Shown piece after piece: positions 25,368 through 37,558 of a stretch of DNA of 64,000 bases. This DNA is from Rhizophagus irregularis. Lineage: Eukaryota. Under the pieces are notes generated by a model, which was not told where the DNA came from, did not search any database, and worked only from the letters and a program-made list of their open reading frames with translations. Each line of letters begins with the position of its first letter. The first letter of the stretch is position 1. The position numbers and the translations under genes were made by a program. The DNA lies in contig NC_089436.1 of NCBI RefSeq assembly GCF_026210795.1, positions 1,488,001 through 1,552,000 of the forward strand, given 5' to 3'.

Positions 25368-28300
25368 ATGGAGTGGTCGGGTAATCAGATATGGGGTGAA
25401 AGTTACTTGGCGGGTATCTCAGCCCGTGATAAATTAGCTATGAGAAATGACGAGAGTTCGACTTTAACTCTCAAAGTTGAGATAGCGAATCATCGAGATA
25501 TTCCATTCGTGTCATACGACATAGAAGAAGCTAAAGAGTATATTAATAAAATCCCCCATTATGTTCTTCGAATCTATGGACATCTCATTAATGGTCAGAA
25601 GGCAGTCGTAACTATCACTGGTATTAAGGTTTTCTTCGATATTCGCGTTCCCGAAAATTCGAGTATTCCTAAATTCTGGTCCAAAATTAAGGGTATACTT
25701 ACTACTGGAAAAGACAACCAGGGGAATAGAGTAGACATGAATCTGATCCGAAGGGAGTGCATAAAGGCATACCCTATTCGTGGCTACCATGCGGAAAAAA
25801 AGTCATATCTTCGCATCATTGCACCTAATAAAGATATAAGGTTCACTGCTCTCGATATCATTTCAAACTATAATTCGGAGGCTGATCCCGAATGTAAAAT
25901 AGAGACAGCTTCTGATGATACAGGTACATATTATCGTAAAGTTGCGAGAGAGTATAGGATACCACTTTCCGGATGGGGGTTAATAAGAGACTACAAATAT
26001 AATTTCGGAGCACCATATTATGCTCGTTCCCACCTTTGTCCACATGCGTTTTATGTCCATATCAAAAACTTCCGCCCCATAGACGATTTCGGACTACTTT
26101 ACGGAATCTATCTATCTTTTCTATTTACTCGTGACCGAGCATTAGTTCTAACATGGGACATAGAAACATACGATTCACGTGGATTAGGCAACTTCCCAGA
26201 AGCGAAAAATGACACGTCCCAGGTTTTTACGATCTGTATGACCCTACACTGGAAGGACGACTCAAAGCCACTAGAACAGATATGCCTTGTTGATGTTGAG
26301 ACGGCACCAAATCCGCGCTGGACAACCATCATATGTGGGAACTAAGTCAATTTATTAAAAGCTTTCGCTTTATGCTGGAAATCTTTTGCTCCAGACATCC
26401 AGCTCGGTTTTAATGACTCTGGTTATGATTGGCCATTTATAGTGGAGAAGGCCACTAAGTTAGAAGTCCTCGGATGGATGATTCAGCAAATCTCTGCGAA
26501 CCCACATAAGAAAGCTAATGCTCAATCTATTCTCACTTGGAATTATTTCAGTGGAACTGGAAAGCCACTAACTAATGGTTTCTTCCAAAAGAGCCAGTGG
26601 GTAAAGAAAACGGACAGGAGTCCCAAAAAAATATTAGGCCGAGATTCCATTAATATCAAAATCCATCCAACTTTAGACTTCGAATCCTCCTTTCTTAAAC
26701 TTCCCGGGTGTGTGCCGATTGATGTTCGTGCAAGTTTTATGCAACTCCACCCTCACTCTGAAAAAACATCACTTAAATTCTTCTTAGAAAAATGTGGTCT
26801 CGATGGCAAAGCTGATATGCCCATGAGCAAATTATGGGAGTATTATTCGGAAGCAAGGAATGGGACTTCCGACTCTTCCGTCAAAAATATGCATGAAATC
26901 GTAAATTATTGTGTTATAGATGCTTTACGTTGTCAGGAGCTCATGGTTAAAAATAATGTCATAAATGATTATAGAGAAGTTGCCTCGATCGCCCACATAT
27001 CATTATTTGACACACATTATTATGCCATAGGAATGAAAGTAGGTAATCTCTTGGGCGCTGAAGCGTGGGCGGAGGACATTCTATTCAGCATGAAAACTTC
27101 TGATCAGAAAGCATCTGGGAAGTTTCCGGGAGCATATGTATTCCCACCTGAGAAAGGTCTTGAAAATAAGCGACCGGTCACGGGTTTGGACTTCGCTTCC
27201 TTGTACCCTAGCATAATTATGACTTATAACCTCTCATCCGAGAAGATGGTCTCAACACTTTTGGAGGCCGATGAGTTAGGGAGAGAGAATAAAGTGCTCC
27301 ACAATATCAAGTTCAAGTATAATGGTAATCCTATACGAGCCTGGACTATACGGCATGGGAATAAGCCTGATCAGAAAGGTCTTTTCCCAAAGATATTGGA
27401 GAGATTGGGGAGAATGCGAAATGAAATAAAAGCCCAGCTAAAGCCCATTGGAAAGAAAAAGGAATATATGGGAAAGGTCAAAAGTAGAATGGATGCCAGC
27501 GGATCTATCTCAATAGCGGACGCATTCAAAGATGTTTTGTCCTCGACGAAGAATATGAAGAAGCGTGCTGAGATGGTTAAAATCTTAGATCCTTTTATTG
27601 ATTTATCGTATGATAATTTTATAAAAGAATACAGTTCTGTCTGCTTTGCCTATGAATCTTTAAATTCTAAGCAGAAAGCCATTAAATTGTATATGAATTC
27701 ATTCTATGGTGTGACGGGTAGAAGTGGCTCCCCATTCTACATACTCGAACTTGCTGGAGGTGTTACTTCGGCTGGGCAAGAAATTATCAAACGTGTCACA
27801 GAGTACGTTAGAAAGAAAGGCTTTGGGATAAAATACGGTGATACCGATTCCTTATATCTCACTTGTCCAGATTCCTATTTTGAGAAATACGATCTGGCTT
27901 ATAATGATGGGAAGGGAGAAATCTCTAAACTAGAGTATTGGACCGAGATGGTCAAGACTACTATGGGTGTAATAGAAAAATTGCGCAATGATGTGAACAC
28001 TTTCCTCAGGCTCAAGACTAGATCGGATTATCTTAAAATGGCCTACGAGGAAGTACTATTTCCAGTAGCGTTTACCAGAAAGAAAAAATATTTTGGCATT
28101 GACCATGAAGAGACCCCCAACTTCGAACCAAGAGAGCCTTTTATAAGGGGAATAGATACTGTGAAGCAGGGTAAATCCCAAGTTTTCAAAACTATAGGGG
28201 ATCGTATTATGCGAAGGGCTATGGATATTAATAACGTCCAATCACTCCATGAGATTGTTGAAGACATTCTCAGGGATGCTATAATTAATCATGAGCAGTG

Positions 28301-29285
28301 GAATTTTGAACAATTTATAGAGACTGACGCTTGGAAACCCGATAAAGATAACAAAGCTGTTCAGCGTTTTATAGGAAGAATGAGAGGAAAGTATGATAGT
28401 AAAATTCCGATACCAGGTGAGCGCTTTAGTTATGTAGTAACCCATCCCGATACTACCTTCGATTTACATGGTAGAAAGTTAAAACCAACTAAAGGCGAAA
28501 AAATGGAATTCGCCGATGTAGCTAAGGAATTGGGGAAGGAATTAGATTTATACCATTATTTCGAAAAAACTATTATTGGCCTCTGTGCCCGATTTATCAT
28601 GTATGATAAGAAGTATGAGCCAGAACCCTCAAGTCGAATCATGCGAATCGAAGACCCGGATGAGAAATATAAGCAAATTGATGACTATGCTCAAAACAAG
28701 GCCAAGTCATGGCTTGAGGGATTCGTAAAAGAAAATATCATAGTCAATGGTGTTACTTCCAAGATGATGGAATCTCGTGGGATTGCTTATAAGCGTGCTT
28801 ACAGAACTGCGGTCAAAAAGGCACAAGAAATGTTGTATCAAAAGATAGGGTACTTATACGAAATATTTCATGGCGAATGGCTTAGCTACGAGATTTTCAT
28901 GATAAGTAACCCTATCGAGGTATTATGGGAGAAATTTATGAAATGCGCTAGGAAAATTTCAAAAGATAAAAACCTCTCGGTAGATGACGAAATGAAGGAA
29001 AAAATATGCTCTGATTTTGCTCGATATCCTAGCGAGCTTGCAAAGTGTATTGAAGAGTATAATTTATTCTTTCACAAATTGGTCTATCATATGCGTTACA
29101 AAGAGCATGTGTCAATTCCAGAAGAAATCAGACCAGTTGCATCCATGCGAAAAAATGAGATAATTGCTGACCTACCTTCCTTACCTCACATATCAGAAAT
29201 TGGGGTACTAGATGAGATTAGTAATTTATGGTATTTCCATCTTGAGGATGTGACCGAGCCGGAGGCAGTAAAGCAAAGCACTTAA
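25368..29285 (+). pseudogene. polB: Family B DNA polymerase with 3'-5' exonuclease, large-DNA-virus (asfarvirus-like) type; one internal stop
   Basis: ExoI LTWDIETY, Exo[13 protein letters not shown], ExoIII YCVIDA, motif A DFASLYPS, motif [15 protein letters not shown], motif C YGDTDS, KKKY. The two ORFs are in one frame, separated only by TAA at 26343-26345 (32 open codons then join 26442). About 1305 codons, no introns. Confidence 0.93.
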
Positions 29286-29396
29286 ATAAATTATATTATT
29301 AAGTATTCTAGCGGAGGTATGGCAATTTCAGCTAAGAAAACTTATAATATTATTTATATATTTTTTCTCGTGCAATAATACCGGCTAACTTCAATT

Positions 29397-31061
29397 TCAA
29401 TCTTCGATCTTCCGGCCTCCGATCATACATCCCGACCTCGGATATGCCCAGAGAGGATAAAAATAGTTCCGGTTAGGAGAATAGTCAGTATTACTTTTTT
29501 TCGATGAATTCCAGTATTTCCTGACCACAAACCATATAACCGCAATCAGTAGAAAAGCAAGTATGGAATATAATACCATCGGCGACATTAGAGAGTTAAT
29601 AACGACAGGAACAGTCACTGATGCTAGAGGCATTTCTTGGGACAATGGTACTACTTCTGCGCCACCTGAATGCTTCGCAATCCCTTTTCTCGAAATGAAA
29701 TTTTCGGAATGTGCTGGTAGACTATGAACGGATTGATTAGATAGGGTAACTGCCTGGTTTCGAGAAACCATCTCATCCCGGGGTAATAGCTCTTGCAAAG
29801 CCTCTAATATATTTTCTCTGGCAAAACTTTTATCGAGTTCCATAACTTTATTTTCAAGACCATGATTATAGACGAGGGGTCTTAGATCATCACTGACCCA
29901 ACCTGGAATCTTTTGCGATGAATCATTCATAGGCGGAGGTGGAGTATTAGAGAGATCTGCTTAAGGTTGCTTGTCTAAACCTCTTCAAAATCCTACGATT
30001 AGTTTCGTCAAAATTTTACTATAGATTTATTATAGTTTCGGCAGAGTTTCAGCAGTTTCGGCATTTATAATAAGTTTCGGCAGTTTCGCCTTTCTCCAAA
30101 GTTTCACCAGTTTTTTAATATAACTTTAATATAGTTTCGGCAGAATTTCGCTTTTCGGCGAAACGCCATCTTGCCTAAACCTCTAGGTTTCGGCAAGCAA
30201 CCTTAGATCTGCTATTTCATTATCTTTCTTTGAGATTATCTCTTGGAGACGAGAATTTTCCTCCATCATTTTTAATCGTTCTGAAGACCGAATATCTAGC
30301 TCCCGTTTGTATATGTTATTCGACGCCTCTATCCCCTTTTCCATACATTCTATTTCATATTTTTTTGAATTTCGATCTTCCTTTACTTGTTCTAATTCAA
30401 GTCTGAGAGAATCGATCTCTTTGGGGTCAGGGTCAGATGGGTTGGTCCCAAAGGGACCGTTTATTTGGGCCAGATTCTCTATCATCCCTCCTATTACATC
30501 CAAACCATGATATGTACGCTCTAGATCTATGTCCTCCAACTTACCTTCCAATTCACGTATTTTAACTTCAAGAGAGAGAATCTTGATCTTGTCAGCGGAC
30601 GAAGCTTTCTGGGTCAAAGTTGCCTCTCTTTTTAGTGTTTTAATAGAAGATTTGAGCGATTGGATTTCAGCAGTATATTTGGCTTCAAGCTCACGTTGGC
30701 TCTCAGAATGAGACTTTCGTTCAGAAATAAGTTGGGATCTAACTTTAACGCTAGACGCATTTAACTGGCCAATCTTATTCCCAATATCACTATAGCTTCG
30801 CTGATACTCCTTTTCTCGCTCATTGTACTTATCTACCAGTTTTTCACTGAGATCATTAATCTCAGAGTTAAATTCAGTAACGGATCTTAATTTTTTTTCG
30901 AGCTCTTGCTCATATGCACTACCCAGCCGATGACCAGGTTTTTTATAAGAACCACCTTCTCTATCTTTTATATCATTCAATGTATGCACTTTGGACATAA
31001 TATTAGCATGGTTATATATTAGAAAAAAAATGCACGAATAAATTTCTGAGATAATAGACAT
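29397..31061 (-). pseudogene. Coiled-coil protein with a C-terminal transmembrane helix, interrupted by a hAT MITE
   Basis: Removing 29962-30205 plus one TSD joins ...DNEIADL to SNTPPPPMNDSSQK in frame. TM segment MVLYSILAFLLIAVIWFVV followed by RK. Confidence 0.8.
29962..30205. mobile_element. hAT MITE, 244 bp, same TIR family as the hAT at 21397
   Basis: TIRs taaggttgcttgtctaaacct / aggtttcggcaagcaacctta. Exact 8-bp TSD gatctgct at 29954-29961 and 30206-30213. Confidence 0.95.
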
Positions 31062-31251
31062 AATCTGTTTATTCAGAATAATACATTCTTTCTAAATATC
31101 CTATTTATCCCGTATATCTTATACGTCCAGAATATTATCTTCCTATATATCCTGTATATCCCATATTTTCGGAATAATACATACTTTCTATATATCCTAT
31201 TTAATAAATTATTTTGGAGTATTATATTAGATATAAAAAAATATTGCTACC

Positions 31252-31794
31252 ATGCTCAGACAACGCATGAGATGTGAGTCCCCTCCTTTTTCACCAGCCG
31301 ATTATGATCATATTATGCAATGTGCTGAAAAAAAGCCTAGAGATAAAGTTTTAAAGGATTTAACAAATAAATATCGCACATCACAAAAACGTATTTATCA
31401 GATCTGGAGAGGTGAAGAAAAAAATAGGGTTGCGTGGAATCAACCAATTCATATGTCAACAGCTGGTCCTGGAGGGACTGCTTCGCTTTCTAATATAAAT
31501 GTTGTGGACGGGCAGATCGAGCCAAAGATCCAAGGCCAAGACGTTTCTCCATTTACAGAACTGGAAAAACAAATACGTGATGCTAAGATAGAGCCTAGCA
31601 AATCTATTGATTCAGTTTTGGAAGAAGGTGGGAAGGCAAAAAAGGCCGGAGGGAAGAAATTGAAGTCCAAGGATGGGATACCACCGCTAATACCATCTCC
31701 TATCCAGTCTCAACCAATTCCCACGTCGCATGAGAAGATAGTTGAAAGAAACGTAAAAAATATAGCAAATATGAAGAATATATTAGAAAAATAA
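31252..31794 (+). CDS. Hypothetical protein, possible N-terminal HTH
   Basis: Intronless 180-aa ORF; LKDLTNKYRTSQKRIYQIWRG has a helix-turn-helix-like pattern. Confidence 0.5.
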   Translation: MLRQRMRCESPPFSPADYDHIMQCAEKKPRDKVLKDLTNKYRTSQKRIYQIWRGEEKNRVAWNQPIHMSTAGPGGTASLSNINVVDGQIEPKIQGQDVSPFTELEKQIRDAKIEPSKSIDSVLEEGGKAKKAGGKKLKSKDGIPPLIPSPIQSQPIPTSHEKIVERNVKNIANMKNILEK

Positions 31795-31927
31795 CTCGCC
31801 TATTCTCTGCCTTAAGCGCCTTCGGCAAGAAGTTCATCATAGCGCGCCTGTAATCTTTCACAATACTCATTGATTTCTGCATTATATTTAAGAGTGCTAT
31901 ATAGCATTTTTTCAAGTTCCTTATAAC

Positions 31928-32809
31928 TCACTTTTTTTTTAATACATCATCATCCTCACTTAAATCCTGCAAAATACAGTCCGGAGTCGAGGATTCATCA
32001 CATTTGGAAGTAGTGGTCGCACAATTCACCTCGAGCTTATTCTTGACCTTATGCATATTAATTGGGATAAAAAATTCCTTACCATTACACTCTAGTCTCA
32101 ATTCCCGCTTTGATGCAAGTAAATCATAATTATATTTATCAAGAAGCGTGTTGGGTAAGATTAGCATCGGCTTAGGGTATTTGACTACAGCAAAATCAGC
32201 ATATATAGTACATCCGGGAGCGAAATTTACTGGGACATTTCTGACAATTCCAAGGGATTCTGTGGGAGTAGTAGCAATGCCTCTGAGATCATGTTTTTCT
32301 TTTGTATCAATTTCTAGCTTTGATCGTTTAGAGATATCATCTGTCATAATCAGAAAATTAGCACCAGGATCAACTATGGCACCCGGAATGACTAGATGCT
32401 TGATTTTGCACTTAGTAGTAACAACATCTGTGGCGGGATCTTTTTTCTGAACGAAATCGATTTCCATAGGCTCATTTAGAATTTCGTCTTCCCCACCTGA
32501 GTCTGGAGTTTCAGGAGTATCCGAAGTGGAGTCATCTTTACCATCAATCAGTATTCTGGAAGCAGAATTCTGCGATTGAAAAAAGGCTATGATGTCGCCA
32601 AACTTTTCATTAAGCACCTTCTCAATAATTTTCTCAATAATATTTTCCAAGCGGGATTGATTATCCTGTGACAGGGATTCTGAACTTCGCTTTTTCTTTT
32701 TAGAGAAAAAAGCTGTCTCTATATCTGTTACCTCTTGAGACTTAGCCGTAAGGCGACTCTTTGATTTCTTTTTTAGTGAAGAGGAAGGATTACTCGATTC
32801 TTTCTTCAC
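31928..32809 (-). CDS. Retropepsin-like aspartic protease, in the -1 frame relative to Gag
   Basis: AIVDPGANFLIMT (D-x-G active-site motif with P at x), LRGIAT flap-like segment, DFAVV...MLIL pattern. Overlaps the Gag stop at AAAAAAAAAGTGA. Confidence 0.8.
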   Translation of the reverse strand: MKKESSNPSSSLKKKSKSRLTAKSQEVTDIETAFFSKKKKRSSESLSQDNQSRLENIIEKIIEKVLNEKFGDIIAFFQSQNSASRILIDGKDDSTSDTPETPDSGGEDEILNEPMEIDFVQKKDPATDVVTTKCKIKHLVIPGAIVDPGANFLIMTDDISKRSKLEIDTKEKHDLRGIATTPTESLGIVRNVPVNFAPGCTIYADFAVVKYPKPMLILPNTLLDKYNYDLLASKRELRLECNGKEFFIPINMHKVKNKLEVNCATTTSKCDESSTPDCILQDLSEDDDVLKKK

Positions 32810-34991
32810 TTTTTTTTTGCCTTAGTAATATTAATATTAATATCAGCTTCGGACTCAGATTCGGATGAAGAACTCGAACCAGAATCAGAAGAGTCATCAG
32901 ACAACATATCAGAGTTAGTGTCCGAACCCGAATCTGAATCTAAAGTGGCAAGATTTACTTTACCTTTTTTAGACTTACTCTTCTTTTTTCTGGGACACTT
33001 ACGAGAATTGTGACCAGTTTTACCACAATTAGAGCATTTATGCTTGGCTAACTTTTTGACCACATTAACCATTTGAGAGTATTTTTTGGAAAGCTTGGTG
33101 TAATTGGTATTATTAACACCCAATCTCCTTATTAATTCGTCATTAATATAATTATCTAAGGATGTAAGATCTTTTGGTGCATCAACTGGCATTCCCAACC
33201 GCACTGCGCGTATATACATCTTTTCTAAGGCATCATTATTTTGGGGTTGTGCCTGAATCGGTTGAACTAACTGTGCTTCAAGGGAGGCTATTTTGGAATT
33301 TAACTTATCAATCTCAGCTGAAGAATTACTCTGATAATTTTGACCCCATTTAAATTGGGAGCACGCTCCAGCCACATGTCTTTTAGATTTGTAAAAAATG
33401 CATTAATACCGGCAGGAGTGACAGCTCGCATCCATGTATAAAGATCACCCGACAAGTGATTCTTAAGAAATCCTACAGTTTGGGCATCACCATCTGCTAC
33501 ACCTAATAATAAAGGTCGGATTCTTTTCTTTTATCAAGTATCTGGTGAGTCTGTGGGTAGAAATTTTTCTTGAGTTAATCTTTGAAGTGCCGACTGCCGA
33601 CTACCTACTGTTTCTCGTTGATAATGTGATCTCATCCAAGCGCGTAAAGTAGCTGGAGTATTAATATTAGCATTTCCGTTATATGGGTCTTGGGCAGGAA
33701 CTGGTAAATATTTTCCTCCCATCTGAGCTTTATAAATATCACACTTGACAGCATCATCAAAATCTCCGGCATTTGCATTTTCAAGAACAGTCATATGTCC
33801 TTGCGCGAATGATATTGATTGAATAAGCCTATCCAAATAATCGTCAGGAGGTTCTTGGCCTGTATACGGCTTATTTTTAGCAAGAATAGGTGCAATCAAA
33901 TTTAATACTGGTAAACGTCTAGCGTCAGCCATATTTCCTAATGGATTATTCTGAAGCGCCAAAATTTGTCCCTGCAAATTTAAAATATTCTGGTCTCTTT
34001 GCCTAATCACTAGTTGGAAAACAAACTTTTCACGTAGCAATTTACCAATGCGGGTTTGTTTTCTTGCTATAATAACTAACATCCTATTTACCTGGTTTTG
34101 GGCATTGGTCTGCAACTGTCGGGTATTTTGCTGAAGACGGTTAGTATTTCGCTGATACAATAGCTGTTTAGCAAATTTTTCTCGTAATAGTTCCTGAATA
34201 CGTCTATCTTTATCCTGATATGAAAACATCCAGCGACAGGATTCTTGCCTCTCATTATTATAGGCCAACATAGCCAAGTCCCGCTCTCCTTGAGCATTGT
34301 CCCTTTCTCTCACAGTTCTTTCAACTCGAACTCGGGATTCATCTAATAAACGTTGAAATCGTAAATTCTAGTTTCTAATATCTCTTAACTGATTCCCAAG
34401 ATCCCGTTCCCGGTTATTTGTATCATTTAATATGTTCTGATACTGATCACGCTCGGCTGTAATATTTTGCAAAGTAACCCGAATAGTATTTAATGAGCCT
34501 CTGATACCATCTATAACATTAGCAGGATTCTGCATAGGAGTACCAACTCCCCTAATGTGATTTTCAATTCGATCTAACCCTCTATTAACATTTGCGATAA
34601 GATTGGTCGTTGCCATATCTAAAGCATTTATTGAGATTTTTTTATCTATGAGAATCCAGATTCTTGCTTTAAGACTCCCAACCTTATTTTCAAGCTCTAT
34701 GATTCGTCCATCTTGAATAGACCTAACCTCATCTTTGAATTTCTTATCCTGTTGTAAAACCCTAAGCTGTTTTCGCAAATCGGATATTTCTGATTTAAGT
34801 TTCTCTATCTCTTTCTCATGTGCTATGATAGTATTATCCTGTATTGAGATAGTTCGATAACATTGCTCAAGCTCTTTTACCAGAGATCGAATTTTTTTCT
34901 CATTGCTCTTATTAATGAAAATCTCATCTTGAAGCTCACCACGAAGCTCTTGATTCGTATCTAAAAGCTGTGAATATGTCAGATCAAACAT
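32806..34991 (-). pseudogene. gag: Gag-like protein: N-terminal coiled coil, capsid-like domain, CCHC zinc knuckle
   Basis: ORFs 34991-34368 and 34313-33534 are one frame split by TAG. Capsid-like YTGQEPPDDYLDRL and LQRLTQEKFLPTDSPDT..KRIRPLL. Further stops at 33531-33536 and a frameshift near 33345, then CSNCGKTGHNSRKC. Confidence 0.78.
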
Positions 34992-35037
34992 GGTATTATT
35001 CAGCCCTGATTTATAGTACTATCATAATAATCCTACT

Positions 35038-36714
35038 TTGAGAATGAGTCAACCGCAAATTGTGATAGATCCCGATGAAGAGCTCCGTATAGTCTGTAGA
35101 CTTCTATTTTATAATATACCCGGTTTTCATCCCAATGCAAAAAAATTACATAAAGCATGTCAGGAGGAAGGATATTCTTTTCGATTACAGGATATCGCAA
35201 AATGGGTAAAATACCAATATAGCTACCAAATCTATCAACAGCCATTGCCATGCAAAGCTGAGGCGAGTTTCTCAAAAATCAAAATTCCAAATAAGGTGCA
35301 CCAGTGTGATATTTTGCTCCATACTCATGATGACCAGGATGGAAGAAGGGTATTCGTTTGTAGTTTTCTAGTCATAGATGTGGCAACACGTTTTAAGGCT
35401 GGACGTTCATTAACATCAAGAAATAGTTTGAAAATCTGGAATGCGGTCGAAGAAATATATGAGGACCCCTCTAATCCTCTTACATGGCCAGGATTATTGA
35501 TGACTGATGGTGATGCTTCGTTCCGAGGTGCATTTTTACGAGGGATGGAACAGCATAATGTTCCAATACGTGTTGTCGACCTTTATAGTTTCGAGAGCCT
35601 GGCTTTGATCAAAGCATTCAAGAAAAATCTAGCAAAATTAATATATAAGGTCCAATATGCTATAGAGGGGCGATTGGCCGAAGGAGAACGATCAAGACTA
35701 TGGAATAAAATTCTTGAGAAATACATTGATTTTATGAACAATAGCAAGACTCGCCTTATCGGAATGTCACCAGCTCATGCTATGACTTTGGAAGAGGTCG
35801 AATCGAAACCTTCTAGTAAAGCTAAACGGGCAATTAGGAGACACGAAGAGATAAAGTTAAAAAAGGGTACAGCGGTTAGATATCTATTGAAACCGGGTGA
35901 GCTGGAAGGTGATCACAGGCATCGAGCAACTGATCCGTACTGGTCATTACGTGTATACAAGATCAAAAGAGTTGTTGTCGGAAGGAATCCACCACAACCA
36001 GTCTTATATTATCTCGAGAATGAGCCCATTGAATCCACTGCTCACTTGATAGGACGGAACCCCAAGTGACCCTTCAAATATGAGGAACTTCAAGTGATTG
36101 AAGAATCTGATAAAATCGAGTATCCACCAGATGAATTTATGCAAAAATACCACCTTACTGGATTCATCCATTATGTTAATGCTTCCAGTAGTAAGTCAGT
36201 TCAGGCCGTGGATTATGCCATGAAGCGTGATGGGCAATGCCTTAGAAAGACCGGGCAAATAAATGGTCATGATGTGTATCTTTGGTCTTGCAAGAATGGT
36301 GCACACCAGTGGGAGTATCCACTAAAATATATTATGAAAAAATTCGAATGGTGTCCTCTTTGCCATCATAGAAGCGGTGAACGCCAATGCCGATATATTT
36401 TTGAGGATCTACTAGGCAAGAAATTTCCATCATGTAGGCCGAATTTTTTGCATGGAATGCAACTTGATGGATATAACGAAGAGTTGCAACTAGGATTCGA
36501 ATTTCATGGCAAGCAACACTATAGTCTTAATTCAATGTTTCATAGAAGAGGCCAGATAGATTTGGATGAACAGAGAATACGCGATCAGAAGAAGCAGGAT
36601 ACTTGCAAGGAGCAAGGTATATGTCTTATCGAAGTGCCTTATACTGCGGATCTTTTTCCATACATTAAGCATACACTAATCGAGAAAGGATTCTTGAGTA
36701 ATTCTTCAAGTTAG
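35038..36714 (+). pseudogene. Polinton/Maverick-type DDE (rve) integrase fused to a Zn-ribbon and PD-(D/E)XK-like nuclease; one internal stop
   Basis: [68 protein letters not shown] at 36067-36069 is the only break before ORF 36094. C-terminal [15 protein letters not shown] and [21 protein letters not shown]. Confidence 0.85.
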
Positions 36715-36782
36715 GTCGGAGAGAATTATCTTCTTGGTAATTTGCAAGATTATTTTTAGAATAATATTAGTAATAGTTCGAC

Positions 36783-37544
36783 ATGAAAATAAAGAAACTT
36801 GAGCCAGTTGAAAGGTTTGTATACCATATCGATGAGATTAAAGATGCCAAAAAATATAATGGACACTCAAGTGTTCCCCAATGGCCTTTCACCCTTGGAA
36901 TCTTTGGCCGTACTAATACGGGAAAAACTAATGAGGTTATTAATCTCACGCTCAGAACTAAGCCTTATCGAATGTCTAAAGGAAAGAAAGGAGGGACACG
37001 TTATATCAAGTGTGATGATTTGCTACTCATCGGTCACAATCTTAATGAGAAAAAATATATGATCCTTAAAACAGTGTATCAGACAATTGCTAATAATCCA
37101 AAGCCATATCGTGAAAATATTTCATTCCGAGCTTTGAAGCCTGATAAAATTCCCAAGATAGATTCATTTTCTCCGGACAGGGCTACGTTAGCTATATTCG
37201 AAGATCTATGCGCTGATCCAAAGGAAGTGCAGAAGAAAATTATTCCTTATTTCATTGAAGGGCGCCATTACAATGTCAGTTCGATATATGTATCCCAGAG
37301 TTACTTTGATTGCCCGAAGATAATACGAAAAAATCTCTCACACATCTGCCTATTTAACGGCTCCTGCACTACGGACGAGCTTAGCAGAATCGTGTGTCAA
37401 TATGCTAATGACTGGCGCAGTGTAATTAAGATTATTGATAAGGCATTATGTGAGAAAGAATTCATTGTTTTCGATCTAACTGTACCTCGAGAGCATCCAC
37501 ATAGGATACGTATTGGCTGGGATGTACCTCTCACTAATGAGTAG
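36783..37544 (+). CDS. A32-like (FtsK/HerA superfamily) genome-packaging ATPase
   Basis: Walker A GRTNTGKT, Walker [24 protein letters not shown] (arginine finger plus conserved Q), PKIIRKN. 253 aa, intact. Confidence 0.88.
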   Translation: MKIKKLEPVERFVYHIDEIKDAKKYNGHSSVPQWPFTLGIFGRTNTGKTNEVINLTLRTKPYRMSKGKKGGTRYIKCDDLLLIGHNLNEKKYMILKTVYQTIANNPKPYRENISFRALKPDKIPKIDSFSPDRATLAIFEDLCADPKEVQKKIIPYFIEGRHYNVSSIYVSQSYFDCPKIIRKNLSHICLFNGSCTTDELSRIVCQYANDWRSVIKIIDKALCEKEFIVFDLTVPREHPHRIRIGWDVPLTNE

Positions 37545-37558
37545 AATTTTCTTAGGTA

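Noticed and set aside
21397..30205. A single hAT element from TIR 21397 to TIR 30205 that captured PolB
   Set aside because: The right TIR at 30205 pairs with 29962 through the exact TSD gatctgct. The flank at 21397 is ataaaagt, which does not match.
31928..36069. Ordinary LTR retrotransposon
   Set aside because: No RT/RNase H motifs and no LTRs; the integrase is on the opposite strand to gag-pro.
25368..37544. Canonical Polinton/Maverick
   Set aside because: The polymerase is not of the protein-primed type, the protease is aspartic rather than adenoviral cysteine, and no jelly-roll capsid or long AG-starting TIR was recognised.
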